Assembly (NCBI GenBank): GCA_965279035.1
Contig: OZ257142.1
Span: 3,104,001-3,168,000 of the forward strand
Length of the DNA stretch: 64,000 bases
Direction of reading: 5' to 3'
DNA from: Bacteroidia bacterium
GTDB lineage: Bacteria > Bacteroidota > Bacteroidia > M30B66
Shown: positions 19,876 to 29,422 of the stretch, piece after piece
Layout: the number at the start of each line of letters is the position of its first letter
Position numbering within the stretch: position 1 is the first letter of the stretch
Notes under the pieces: generated by a model
Seen by the model: the letters and a program-made list of their open reading frames with translations, nothing else
The model's database searches: none
Told to the model about the DNA's origin: nothing
Translations under genes and position numbers: made by a program

Positions 19876-19883
19876 TACTTTTG
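19876..19883 (+). promoter_or_regulatory. Bacteroidota -7 promoter box for cphB
   Basis: TACTTTTG matches TANNTTTG, 26 nt before ATG 19910. Confidence 0.6.
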
Positions 19884-19909
19884 CGCTTCTATTCATCAAA
19901 ACGAAGCGC

Positions 19910-20782
19910 ATGATAGCCCCTAAAGGCATTTTAATTTCGATCGGCGGGAATGTCGATAAAGGAACAGCCGACGAGTCGGATTACGAAAAAAGCAGCAAGC
20001 TCAACTTCTTTGAAGCCGGGATTCTCAAGCGTATTTTGTCGGAAATGAAAGGTGTGGATTCGCACGTGGAAGTGATTACGACTGCATCGGAAATTCCAGA
20101 AGAAGTTGGACAAAATTACGTGGATGCTTTTAACCGATTGGGTTGTCAGAACGTGGGCGTGATTCACGTGAAGAACCGCGAAGATGCTGCGAAACCTGAG
20201 TATTTAGATCGCATTAGCAAAGCCGATGGGGTGATGATGACAGGTGGAAATCAGATGCGCCTTACGATGATCTATGGCGGAACGCATTTCTTAGAAATTC
20301 TGCACGAACGCTATATGAATGAAGCGTTTGTAATTGCTGGTACGAGCGCGGGTGCGATGGCTATGTCGAACACGATGATATATGAAGGTGCGAGCCACGA
20401 AGCGTTGTTGAAAGGGAAAGTGAAAATCACAACAGGATTGGCGTTTATTCAAAATGTGATTATCGATTCACACTTTGTGAAACGGGGGCGATTTGGACGT
20501 TTGGCTCAAGCTGTATGTAGTAATCCAGCCTGCATTGGGATTGGTTTAGGTGAAGACACGGGAGTGTTGATACGCAACGGAAACGAAATGGAAACCATTG
20601 GTTCGGGCTTGGTGCTCATCTTTGATGGACATGAGATTAAATACTCGAACATTGCTGATATTGAAGATGGTATGCCCGTTTCGATTGAACATTTGGTAGT
20701 ACACGTTTTAGCTAAAGGAAATCAATACTTTTTGAAGGAACGTAAATTCCAACACGTTCGCTCTGAATTACAGACGCGTTAA
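19910..20782 (+). CDS. cphB: Cyanophycinase (peptidase S51), intracellular
   Basis: IGGN, TGGNQ, GTSAGA nucleophile, DSHFVKRGRFGRL, GLGEDT; no signal peptide; near cphA. Confidence 0.95.
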   Translation: MIAPKGILISIGGNVDKGTADESDYEKSSKLNFFEAGILKRILSEMKGVDSHVEVITTASEIPEEVGQNYVDAFNRLGCQNVGVIHVKNREDAAKPEYLDRISKADGVMMTGGNQMRLTMIYGGTHFLEILHERYMNEAFVIAGTSAGAMAMSNTMIYEGASHEALLKGKVKITTGLAFIQNVIIDSHFVKRGRFGRLAQAVCSNPACIGIGLGEDTGVLIRNGNEMETIGSGLVLIFDGHEIKYSNIADIEDGMPVSIEHLVVHVLAKGNQYFLKERKFQHVRSELQTR

Positions 20783-20808
20783 GCCTTTTAAATAAGATTA
20801 AAATCAAT

Positions 20809-20847
20809 GCCTGCTTACTGATTCTAAATTCGGTGAGCAGGCTTTTT
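20809..20847 (+). terminator. Intrinsic terminator after cphB
   Basis: GCCTGCTTACTGA...TCGGTGAGCAGGC followed by TTTTT. Confidence 0.75.
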
Positions 20848-20875
20848 AGTAAATTGCCGAGATTATTGAAATACC

Positions 20876-23821
20876 ATGTTGAAACGAATTTGTCTTTTAG
20901 CCTTGATTAGTGTTTTATGCATCACACAAGCTCAAGCACAGCGAGGAAAAAATGGAAGTAAAACCTTAAGTTCAGGTAGTCCCGGGCCGAATTACATTGT
21001 TAATGAATACACTGCTTTAAGTGCCGATGCAGTAACAGGTAGCACAACGATTTCGGTTAGCAATGCGGGTTTAAATGCCAATGGTCGGTTTACTGGAAAT
21101 CTCGAAGCAGGCGATCTGCTTTTGATTATTCAAATTCAAGGTGCTTCGATTACCACTGCCGACGATAGCACTTATGGAACAATATCGAATTACAATGGCG
21201 CTGGAAATTATGAGTGGAAAGAGGTTCAGTCGGTTGATTTGAATGCTAACACCATCAGCTTTGCCTGCGGATTGGAAAAAAGCTATATCGTTTCTGGACA
21301 CACCCAAATTATCCGTGTTCCACGTTATACCACACTCAGCATTCAAAGCAATGCTAAACTTACTTGTCCAAATTGGAATGGAAGTACAGGCGGAATAGTT
21401 GTTATTGAAACGAACGGCGATTTAACTATACAGAATAATGGAAGTGTGGATGTGAGTGCGCTCGGATTTAGAGGTGGTGCAAATGGACCTTCGGACAATT
21501 TATTTGGAGGAGTTAATTTCTTATCGACCAACGATTTGGTTGGAGCTGAGAAAGGCGAAGGCATTGCCGGATCGGTTACAGATTACGATTTATTGGGAGG
21601 AAGATATTGTCGCGGTGCTGCTGCCAATGGCGGTGGTGGAGGAAATTCACATAATAGCGGCGGTGGCGGCGGCGCGAATGGTGGAAATCCAACTGCATGG
21701 AATGGGAAAGGAAATCCTTCGCTAACAACAGCTAACTGGTCGCAAGCTTGGAATTTAGAATATGCTGGATTTGCAACTTCTAGTTCGAGTGGTGGTGGAA
21801 AAGGTGGATACAGTTTTTCGAGCAACAACCTCAACGCCTTAAACATTGGTACTTTTTTATCGAGTTGGGGTGGTGATTGGAGAAGAAATAATGGTGGTTT
21901 AGGTGGTCGTCCACTTGATCATACAAACGGAGGAATTTTTATGGGTGGCGCGGGTGGCGCGGGTGAAGCCAATAATGGGTATGGTGGTCCGGGAGGAAAT
22001 GGTGCTGGAATTATTTTCGTTCGTTGTTATGGAAATGTAACAGGGACGGGGAAATTCATGGCAAACGGTGCTAATGGAACAAGTGCTAGCGGAGGAACTT
22101 TTGCCAGTGGTACTGATGGTGCAAGTGGCGGAGGTGCTGGAGGTTCGATTGTTTTGCAAGCTGCTGGGAGCATAACGAATGTGGCGATTGAAGCAAAAGG
22201 TGGAAATGGTGGTAGTCAGGATGTATTAGCATTTGTGAACGAAACTGAAGGACCAGGCGGTGGCGGCGGCGGTGGATATGTATTAGTTAGCAATACAGTT
22301 GCATCAACAACCATTACAGGCGGATTGAATGGTACAACAGATTCTAACGCCTTAAGTGAGTTCACTCCGAATGGGGCTACAAAAGGTGGAGATGGAGAAG
22401 TTTTACTAATCAACCCAATTTTGAATTTACAAGCTACAAGTGATACGTTGTGTGGACCAGGAATAGCAACATTGCAAGCAAGTAATACGGGAGGAAGTGC
22501 TTTATCATGGTCAGACGTATTTTTAGGGACAAGCTTAGAAACGGATTCATTGTTCAATCCAACAGTTTCTGCTCCAACAACCTATTATGTGAGTTCATGT
22601 GCATTGGCTCAAACTATCGCTGTTTCGGTTGATTTTTCTCCAACACCATTGGTAAATGCAGGTTCTGATTTGTTTTTGTGTGCCGGCCAAACAGGACAAC
22701 TCAATGGATCAGGTTCGGGAACACTCAGTTGGAATCCCGATCCAGAAATTAGTGATCCGAGTTTAGCTAATCCTAACGTAACGCCTGTTGATTCGAGCGA
22801 ATATGTATTAAATGTTATCGATGCTAATGGCTGTACTGCAAGCGATACCGTGCTGGTGCAAGTTGGAGATTATCTCAATTTGCAAGTGATGGCCGATACG
22901 AGTATTTGTTTAGGGAATTCGGTTACACTGAATGTTTCGGGAGCTGATAGTTATTCTTGGACAACAAATACTAGCTTGGATGTGAGCAATCCGACTGCTC
23001 CAATTGCAAATCCCGATACCACATCGATGTATTATGTGAATGCGAGTACAGCAGGTGGCTGCACAGCTCAAGATTCGGTGGAGGTGATAGTTTGGGAACC
23101 GCAAGTCTTGACAGTTTCGGGCGGAGGAATGTTTTGCGATGGTAACGGAGTAGAATTAGATGCATCGGGAGCCGGAAATATAAGTTGGGAGCCGATATCT
23201 GGTTTATTGGATCCGCTGAATGCTACAACTTTTGCATCACCAACTGATTCAACTTGGTACAAAGCAAGTGGAATGGATATCCATGGATGTTCAGTTGAAT
23301 CGAGCGATTCGGTGTTAGTTGTTCCCGGAATTGCTCCAGTGGCTGGATTTACATTCTTGCAAATTGACAATTTCAATGTAGCGTTTACTAATACGTCTAC
23401 ACATGCCAATCATAGCATTTGGACACTAGATGGTCACGAGTATACAACAACGAATTGCACATATAATTTCCCTTTCGACAATACGTATTCAATAGAATTG
23501 ATTGTAAAAAACGACTGTGGAAGTGATACGATTCAAACAACAATTGATGTAATTAAAATTGTTGGTATTGAGGACATTAACGCGAATCAACTAAAGCTCT
23601 ACCCGAACCCTGCTTCTGAGGAAATTCATGTGAAAAATCCATTTCAACAAGGAAAAGCGGTTGTGGTTCAATTGGTTGATCAACAGGGAAAATTGCTTGT
23701 TCAAGAAATGCAAAGCAGTTCAATATTCACAATGAATTTGAAAGCCTACGCAACAGGATTGTATTCAATTCGGGTTTTTCAAGGCAAGGAAATGTATTCG
23801 GCACGCATCCTTCATCTATAA
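20876..23821 (+). CDS. Glycine-rich T9SS cargo surface protein with Ig-like/PKD repeats
   Basis: Signal peptide; poly-Gly tracts; repeated DTxICxG..L..SG...SW units; PKD-like PVAGF..VAFTNTS; CTD LYPNPA. Confidence 0.85.
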   Translation: MLKRICLLALISVLCITQAQAQRGKNGSKTLSSGSPGPNYIVNEYTALSADAVTGSTTISVSNAGLNANGRFTGNLEAGDLLLIIQIQGASITTADDSTYGTISNYNGAGNYEWKEVQSVDLNANTISFACGLEKSYIVSGHTQIIRVPRYTTLSIQSNAKLTCPNWNGSTGGIVVIETNGDLTIQNNGSVDVSALGFRGGANGPSDNLFGGVNFLSTNDLVGAEKGEGIAGSVTDYDLLGGRYCRGAAANGGGGGNSHNSGGGGGANGGNPTAWNGKGNPSLTTANWSQAWNLEYAGFATSSSSGGGKGGYSFSSNNLNALNIGTFLSSWGGDWRRNNGGLGGRPLDHTNGGIFMGGAGGAGEANNGYGGPGGNGAGIIFVRCYGNVTGTGKFMANGANGTSASGGTFASGTDGASGGGAGGSIVLQAAGSITNVAIEAKGGNGGSQDVLAFVNETEGPGGGGGGGYVLVSNTVASTTITGGLNGTTDSNALSEFTPNGATKGGDGEVLLINPILNLQATSDTLCGPGIATLQASNTGGSALSWSDVFLGTSLETDSLFNPTVSAPTTYYVSSCALAQTIAVSVDFSPTPLVNAGSDLFLCAGQTGQLNGSGSGTLSWNPDPEISDPSLANPNVTPVDSSEYVLNVIDANGCTASDTVLVQVGDYLNLQVMADTSICLGNSVTLNVSGADSYSWTTNTSLDVSNPTAPIANPDTTSMYYVNASTAGGCTAQDSVEVIVWEPQVLTVSGGGMFCDGNGVELDASGAGNISWEPISGLLDPLNATTFASPTDSTWYKASGMDIHGCSVESSDSVLVVPGIAPVAGFTFLQIDNFNVAFTNTSTHANHSIWTLDGHEYTTTNCTYNFPFDNTYSIELIVKNDCGSDTIQTTIDVIKIVGIEDINANQLKLYPNPASEEIHVKNPFQQGKAVVVQLVDQQGKLLVQEMQSSSIFTMNLKAYATGLYSIRVFQGKEMYSARILHL

Positions 23822-23822
23822 A

Positions 23823-24197
23823 ATGAATGCCGTTGAATACTATATAGAAGATCTACCCAAATCGGCTCGTACTCTCTTTAAAGTAACACGTTCGTTGATT
23901 TTAGATTCAGGTCCAGCCATTACCGAAAAGATTTCCTACAAGATTCCATTTTTCTATTATTTCGGTCCATTGGTGTATCTCAATCAGTATAAAGGAGGTG
24001 TTGATATTGGCTTTTTCAGAGGACATGCTCTTTCGAATGAGCAACAATTGCTCGAAATACGTGAACGGAAAATTGTTGCTAGCATTCCAATTCTGAGCCT
24101 TGAAGTATTCAATCAGCATGAAAATCAAGTCCGTGAGATTCTTCAGGAAGCCTTGTTACTGAACGAAATGTTGTATAAGAATAAAAAGCTTCGTTAA
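23823..24197 (+). CDS. DUF1801 (YdhG-like) protein
   Basis: VEYYI...EKISYKIPFF...IGFFRG pattern. Confidence 0.75.
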   Translation: MNAVEYYIEDLPKSARTLFKVTRSLILDSGPAITEKISYKIPFFYYFGPLVYLNQYKGGVDIGFFRGHALSNEQQLLEIRERKIVASIPILSLEVFNQHENQVREILQEALLLNEMLYKNKKLR

Positions 24198-24260
24198 TAA
24201 TTCTAAATGACAACAGTACAACTTGCAAGTGAAATCGATTTCGGGTAAGTTTGGATGCGC

Positions 24261-26033
24261 ATGAACCATCACTTCAAGTTCTATATTAAACAGATTTTCT
24301 TTGGGTTGATCCTGCTCTATATCGGGTGTACAGAGAAGCGTGATTTATCGCAAAACACAGTGGTGGTGCACTTCTTAGCAGAACCTGGCGGATTGCATCC
24401 TACTAACGACAACAATGCATATCAGCGTTTTGTATTTCAATGCACTCAGAAGCGTTTGATGTTTATCGATTTGAAAGAGCAAAAACTGCGTCCAGATGTA
24501 TTGGCTGATTTTCCGCAAATTCAATCAGACAGTCTTTCCTATCTCTGTCGAATTCGTAAGGACATTCGCTGGGATGATGGAACAGCGCTGAGTTTAAACG
24601 ATATTCTATTCACATTTAAAGTGATTACTTGCCCTTTAGTGAATAATCCAGATGGGAAATCCTATTTCTATAATTTGTTATCGGTAGAATCGGTTAGCGA
24701 AAGCGATGATCAATTTATATTTCGATTAAACAAGCGGTATTACGACAACCTGAGTTTGTTGAGTTATGTCATTGTATTGCAGGAAAAATTCCATGATCCA
24801 AAAGGAATTCTAAGGAAATACAGTGTGACTGATTTTCAAAAAGATGGATTTATAGCTGCGTCTGATCCTACATTGAAAGAATTTGCAAGCACATTTAACG
24901 CAGCAGAAAATGGACGAGTTCCATCGAAGCTCAATGGATTAGGACCTTATAAATTAGTTGAATGGAATATTGGTTCATCCATCGTGCTCGAACGCAAGGC
25001 AAATTGGTGGGGGAAAAACAGTACTTCGCCTTATGAAAAAGCATTTCCTGAGAAAATCGTTTTTCAGATTATCAAAGACATGGAGCCTACAGTACTGGCT
25101 TTGAAAAAAGAGCAGATTGATGTAACAACCGAACTCTCCACTCCTGCCCTAGTGAAATTGCGTAAACGCGAGTATTTCAACGAAAAATACCATTCCGAAT
25201 TTTTGGGATCTTTCAGCTACACCTATTTAGGTATGAATATGCGACCCGATGGAGGAAGAATTCCTTATTTCACTGATCGACGTGTACGAAAAGCAATGGC
25301 CTATTGCGTTCCGGTGGATGAGATCATTCAAGTAATTGCCAAAGGCTATGCGACACGGATTCCTGGATTTATTTTACCAGCACAATCCGATTTCGATGCT
25401 ACTTTACCTCTGATTCCTCTCAACTTAAAGCGTTCGAAAGAATTACTCGATGAAGCTGGCTGGGTAGATACGGATGGCGATAATGTGCGCGACAAACTCA
25501 TCAATGGTGAACGTGTTCCTTTTTCCTTTGCTTTGAGTTACATGATTTCACCCGTTACCAAAGAAATTGCGCTCATGATTCGGAATGAAATGTATAAAGT
25601 TGGCATCGATGCTCGACTCGATCCGATGGATTTTTCACTCTTCTATCAGCAAGCATACAATCATAATTTTGATGCGATACTTGGTGCTTGGTCGAGTTCT
25701 GCTTTGCCCGAAGATCCGCGACAGATATGGCATTCGGAAAATTGGACGAAGAATGGAAGTAATTTCGTTGGATTTGGAAATGCTGTCACCGACAAACTCA
25801 TCGAAGAGGCCAATTTGGAAATGAATCCGATGAAACGGAAAGTCATTATGCAGACATTACAACGCGCTATCTGGGAAGAACAACCCTATGTTTTCCTATT
25901 CAATGCGACTAAAAAAGTATGCGTTCATAAACGATTTGCTCATGGTGATTTATTTCCCGAACGACCACATCTGCTTTTGAATTACCTTGAACTCCTTCCT
26001 CAAAGTACTATGTCAAGTCCCGATCAACCCTGA
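24261..26033 (+). CDS. ABC transporter substrate-binding lipoprotein (SBP family 5, OppA/DppA)
   Basis: YIGC lipobox; RWDDG, GLGPYKL, DRRVRKAM, LLDEAGW; alternative start 24255. Confidence 0.9.
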   Translation: MNHHFKFYIKQIFFGLILLYIGCTEKRDLSQNTVVVHFLAEPGGLHPTNDNNAYQRFVFQCTQKRLMFIDLKEQKLRPDVLADFPQIQSDSLSYLCRIRKDIRWDDGTALSLNDILFTFKVITCPLVNNPDGKSYFYNLLSVESVSESDDQFIFRLNKRYYDNLSLLSYVIVLQEKFHDPKGILRKYSVTDFQKDGFIAASDPTLKEFASTFNAAENGRVPSKLNGLGPYKLVEWNIGSSIVLERKANWWGKNSTSPYEKAFPEKIVFQIIKDMEPTVLALKKEQIDVTTELSTPALVKLRKREYFNEKYHSEFLGSFSYTYLGMNMRPDGGRIPYFTDRRVRKAMAYCVPVDEIIQVIAKGYATRIPGFILPAQSDFDATLPLIPLNLKRSKELLDEAGWVDTDGDNVRDKLINGERVPFSFALSYMISPVTKEIALMIRNEMYKVGIDARLDPMDFSLFYQQAYNHNFDAILGAWSSSALPEDPRQIWHSENWTKNGSNFVGFGNAVTDKLIEEANLEMNPMKRKVIMQTLQRAIWEEQPYVFLFNATKKVCVHKRFAHGDLFPERPHLLLNYLELLPQSTMSSPDQP

Positions 26034-27511
26034 TGTTGCGCTATATTCTAAAACGTTTGCTCACATTCCTACCTATGATGGTAGTGATATCGCTATTGGC
26101 GTTTGTGATCAGCGTTTCTTCACCGGGCGATCCTGTTGAGCGTTTATTAGCTGGTGATCAAACTTCTTCGGGTGAAGCTCAAGTTGTGAACATGGATCGA
26201 AATGCCGAAAAAGCAAAACTCCGCCATCGCTTAGGCATCGATTTACCCGTGTTTTATTTTAGCTTTTCGGCACTGTCGGATATTGACACCATTTACAAAC
26301 TACAAGATCCCGTTCAACAAGAAACTGTACAACGCCTTGCGCGCCATAGCGGACAGCCTGAAATGTCAATCGCTTGGTATCACCAAATTTCGCATACCGA
26401 AGATTTACTGGAGCATTTAAAGGTCGACTCAGCCATGCTCAAAGACCCGCATTATGCAGAAAATCTTGCTCGAAGTCGTGCTTTATTGCATAGCGTTGGG
26501 AGAACTTCATCACCTGAAAGCTATGCAGTGCGTAAAGATTCTCTTAGCCTTCTTTTCTCCATCATTCCCGGATTAACTGAAGTGAGAAGTTCTTGGAAAA
26601 AATCAATGCAGATTCGTGAAGATATTTATCTCTATGAATCAACCTGGGAACAATGGATTCCTGTCATTCACTGGCATGGTTTAAATAATCAATATCACCG
26701 CTGGATGTTTGGTGATGGCGAAGAACGGAAAGGCATTTTACGAGGTGATTTTGGTTTATCGTTTCGCGATGGTCAACCCATTTCCGACCGAATTCTCCCT
26801 CGCTTGAAATGGTCATTTGCCTTATCATTCCTCTCCATTTTCCTTGCATACATCGTTAGCATTCCTGTTGGATTAATTGCCGGAAGTCGAAAAGATGGCT
26901 GGTTCGATAATCTTTCGGGCTTCTTTGTATTCGGCTTATATGCACTACCAGGATTTTTTGTCGCTACCGGCTTGCTCGTTTTATTTGCCAATCCCGATTT
27001 CCTCGATTGGTTTCCATCTTCCGGAGTGCGCGACATCAGTAAATTCGATCCTGAATGGCCTATTTATAAACGACTTTTCCATTATATCCCCTATTTGGTT
27101 TTACCGGTGATAAGCTATACGTATGCTTCGTTTGCATTCATCAGCCGTCAAGTACGTTCGGGTATTTTCAATCAACTGAAACAAGACTATATTCGAACAG
27201 CACGTGCGAAAGGAATTCCCGAACGTCGTGTGATTTTAGTTCATGCATTTCGAAATTCCCTGCTTCCCATCATCACTTTATTTGGACAAGCACTTCCGCT
27301 CATTTTTGGTGGATCTGTTATTATTGAAAGTATTTTTTCTATTCCTGGAATGGGCCAAGAGATTTACGAAAGTGTTCTCAATTATGATTACCCCATGATT
27401 GTTGCCATATTTACCATATTTGGTTTTTTAACCATGTTGGGATATTTGATTTCGGATATTTTGTATGCTTTTGCTGATCCACGAATACGGTTTTCAACTT
27501 CCCAAAAATGA
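26033..27511 (+). CDS. ABC peptide transporter permease (OppB/DppB)
   Basis: YILKRLL, PGDPV, GDFGLS, DYIRTARAKG EAA loop, DPRIR. Confidence 0.92.
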   Translation: MLRYILKRLLTFLPMMVVISLLAFVISVSSPGDPVERLLAGDQTSSGEAQVVNMDRNAEKAKLRHRLGIDLPVFYFSFSALSDIDTIYKLQDPVQQETVQRLARHSGQPEMSIAWYHQISHTEDLLEHLKVDSAMLKDPHYAENLARSRALLHSVGRTSSPESYAVRKDSLSLLFSIIPGLTEVRSSWKKSMQIREDIYLYESTWEQWIPVIHWHGLNNQYHRWMFGDGEERKGILRGDFGLSFRDGQPISDRILPRLKWSFALSFLSIFLAYIVSIPVGLIAGSRKDGWFDNLSGFFVFGLYALPGFFVATGLLVLFANPDFLDWFPSSGVRDISKFDPEWPIYKRLFHYIPYLVLPVISYTYASFAFISRQVRSGIFNQLKQDYIRTARAKGIPERRVILVHAFRNSLLPIITLFGQALPLIFGGSVIIESIFSIPGMGQEIYESVLNYDYPMIVAIFTIFGFLTMLGYLISDILYAFADPRIRFSTSQK

Positions 27512-28833
27512 GCGGAGTAAGCAATTTAGTTAACGAACCCGGCATGTGGAAACGATTCAAATCGGATCGTATTGGGAAGTTCTTACTATTCTGTTTGGGA
27601 TTGATCGTGTTCACGGCTTTGTTTGCTGATATTTTAGCGACCAATCAGCCATTGTATGTTCGATATAAAGGTAATTCTTGGTTTCCGGCATTCTCGGCAT
27701 TGCTCAATCCAGAACGCTCCGAAATAGTGACAGATCCTAAAACGGGAGCAAAAGAAACTTTGCAATTCGACATACTCGATTGGAAAGAACTCAATAAAGA
27801 AAGTGTTGTTTGGGCATTGGTTCCTTGGTCGCCGGGCAAGCCAGATGCATTGAATAGAGATTATACGGGTCCATTTGATGAACAGAAAATGAAAGCGGAC
27901 GATGGAAACATTGTAGCTGCTAACTTTAAATTCCGACATCATTTTGGAACTGATCAATTAGGAAATGATTTACTGAGTGGATTGATTCACGGAAGCAGAA
28001 TTTCGCTCAAGGTTGGATTGTTTGCTGCCTTCATCGCCTCTTTCTTTGGAATTCTTCTTGGCGCCTTTTCAGGGTATTATGGTGATGATCGATTGAGCGT
28101 TTCTCAATTAGAATATTATTTAGGTTGGATAGGATTTCTTCTAGGGATTTTTTGGGGATTTATTTCCCGTGCTTTCGTCCTAGCAGATGCCTTTCAAGCT
28201 GGATTCTGGACGAGCGTTTTGCAACTTTTCTGGAGTTGTTGCATTCCTGTTATTTCACTCATAGTATTCGCTTTTTTAGGAAAAGTTCTTCGCTTTTTAC
28301 CTTTTGGAAAAGCCCAAAGAAATGTTCCGCTCGACAGTATGATTCAACGCTTTACAGAAGTCTTCAACTCGCTTCCTAAACTTTTGATCATTATCACTTT
28401 GGCAGCTGTTTTCCGGGAAAAAAGTGTTGGAATGGTGATCGGCATTATTGGATTAACGAATTGGCCATCGGTAAGTCGCTTTACCCGTGCCGAAATGCTG
28501 CGCACTCGAAACTTAAGTTATATAGAAGCTGCTCGAAGTATTGGAATGAACGATATGCGCATCATTTTCAAACATGCTCTTCCCAATGCTTTTGCCCCCG
28601 TATTTATTGAGATTGCATTTATTGTAGCTGGTAGCATTGTCGCCGAAAGCAGCCTTTCCTTCCTTGGTATTGGTGTTCCCGAAGAAGTCATAACCTGGGG
28701 TTCTATCTTAAGTACAGGTAGACAACAATTTGATGCCTGGTGGATGGTTCTTTTTCCCGGTTTGGCTATTTTCTTTACGGTTCTCCTGTTTCAATCAGTC
28801 GGTGAACGTTTGCGCGAATCGGCAAGTCGTTGA
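27508..28833 (+). CDS. ABC peptide transporter permease (OppC/DppC)
   Basis: HFGTDQLGND, GSRISL, YIEAARSIG, ESSLSFLGIG. Confidence 0.92.
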   Translation: MSGVSNLVNEPGMWKRFKSDRIGKFLLFCLGLIVFTALFADILATNQPLYVRYKGNSWFPAFSALLNPERSEIVTDPKTGAKETLQFDILDWKELNKESVVWALVPWSPGKPDALNRDYTGPFDEQKMKADDGNIVAANFKFRHHFGTDQLGNDLLSGLIHGSRISLKVGLFAAFIASFFGILLGAFSGYYGDDRLSVSQLEYYLGWIGFLLGIFWGFISRAFVLADAFQAGFWTSVLQLFWSCCIPVISLIVFAFLGKVLRFLPFGKAQRNVPLDSMIQRFTEVFNSLPKLLIIITLAAVFREKSVGMVIGIIGLTNWPSVSRFTRAEMLRTRNLSYIEAARSIGMNDMRIIFKHALPNAFAPVFIEIAFIVAGSIVAESSLSFLGIGVPEEVITWGSILSTGRQQFDAWWMVLFPGLAIFFTVLLFQSVGERLRESASR

Positions 28834-28862
28834 TCTATTTTGTAAATACGCTGGTTTTCGTT

Positions 28863-28930
28863 ATTCACCGACGAATTCATGTCATTGACCGAATAGTCGT
28901 TTTGTAGGTGATTGGGGCGATGTATGTTTG
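28863..28930 (+). promoter_or_regulatory. Putative LytTR-binding direct repeats plus -33/-7 promoter
   Basis: ATTCACCGA (28863) and ATTGACCGA (28884) 21 bp apart; TTTG 28901; TATGTTTG 28923. Confidence 0.55.
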
Positions 28931-28949
28931 CCTCATCAAATTAAACAAC

Positions 28950-29375
28950 ATGGAAACGAACAACACAGAATCACCCGAAAACAACGAAATACCCATTTGT
29001 AAACCGAACCGTAAAACCCGAATGGGGCGAATCCTAGGAGGATTAGTCATTATAGGCGCTGGAGCGTTTTTATTCGCCCGAAATGCAGGCGTTCCTTTTC
29101 CTGAATGGCTTTTTTCAGGACCAACATTCTTAATTACGCTCGGTCTTTTCTTCCTTGCACGAAACTCATTTCGCCGCCCAAAAGGATTGATTCTTATGAT
29201 GATTGGTGGAGTTTTACTTCTTGGAAAAATATTTCCGACACTGCTTATTAGTCAATTTTTCTGGCCAATTTTGATTATTGTCTTTGGTGCAGTAATGATT
29301 TTAAAACCCAAAAGAAATCGTGCTTGGGCTTATCAGATGCATCATCATGAAAAATGGCAACATTGCCGGAGATAA
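28950..29375 (+). CDS. LiaF-like transmembrane protein (DUF5668-type), short paralogue
   Basis: Four TM segments; GRILGGLVIIG and FFWP shared with next gene. Confidence 0.75.
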   Translation: METNNTESPENNEIPICKPNRKTRMGRILGGLVIIGAGAFLFARNAGVPFPEWLFSGPTFLITLGLFFLARNSFRRPKGLILMMIGGVLLLGKIFPTLLISQFFWPILIIVFGAVMILKPKRNRAWAYQMHHHEKWQHCRR

Positions 29376-29422
29376 TCATCCAAGTATTTTCAATAATCAA
29401 GTCTGATTAACAAAATTGAATC

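Noticed and set aside
24261-28833. Opp transporter as importer of cyanophycin dipeptides
   Set aside because: Separated from cphB by a terminator and two genes; CphB is intracellular; only proximity supports it
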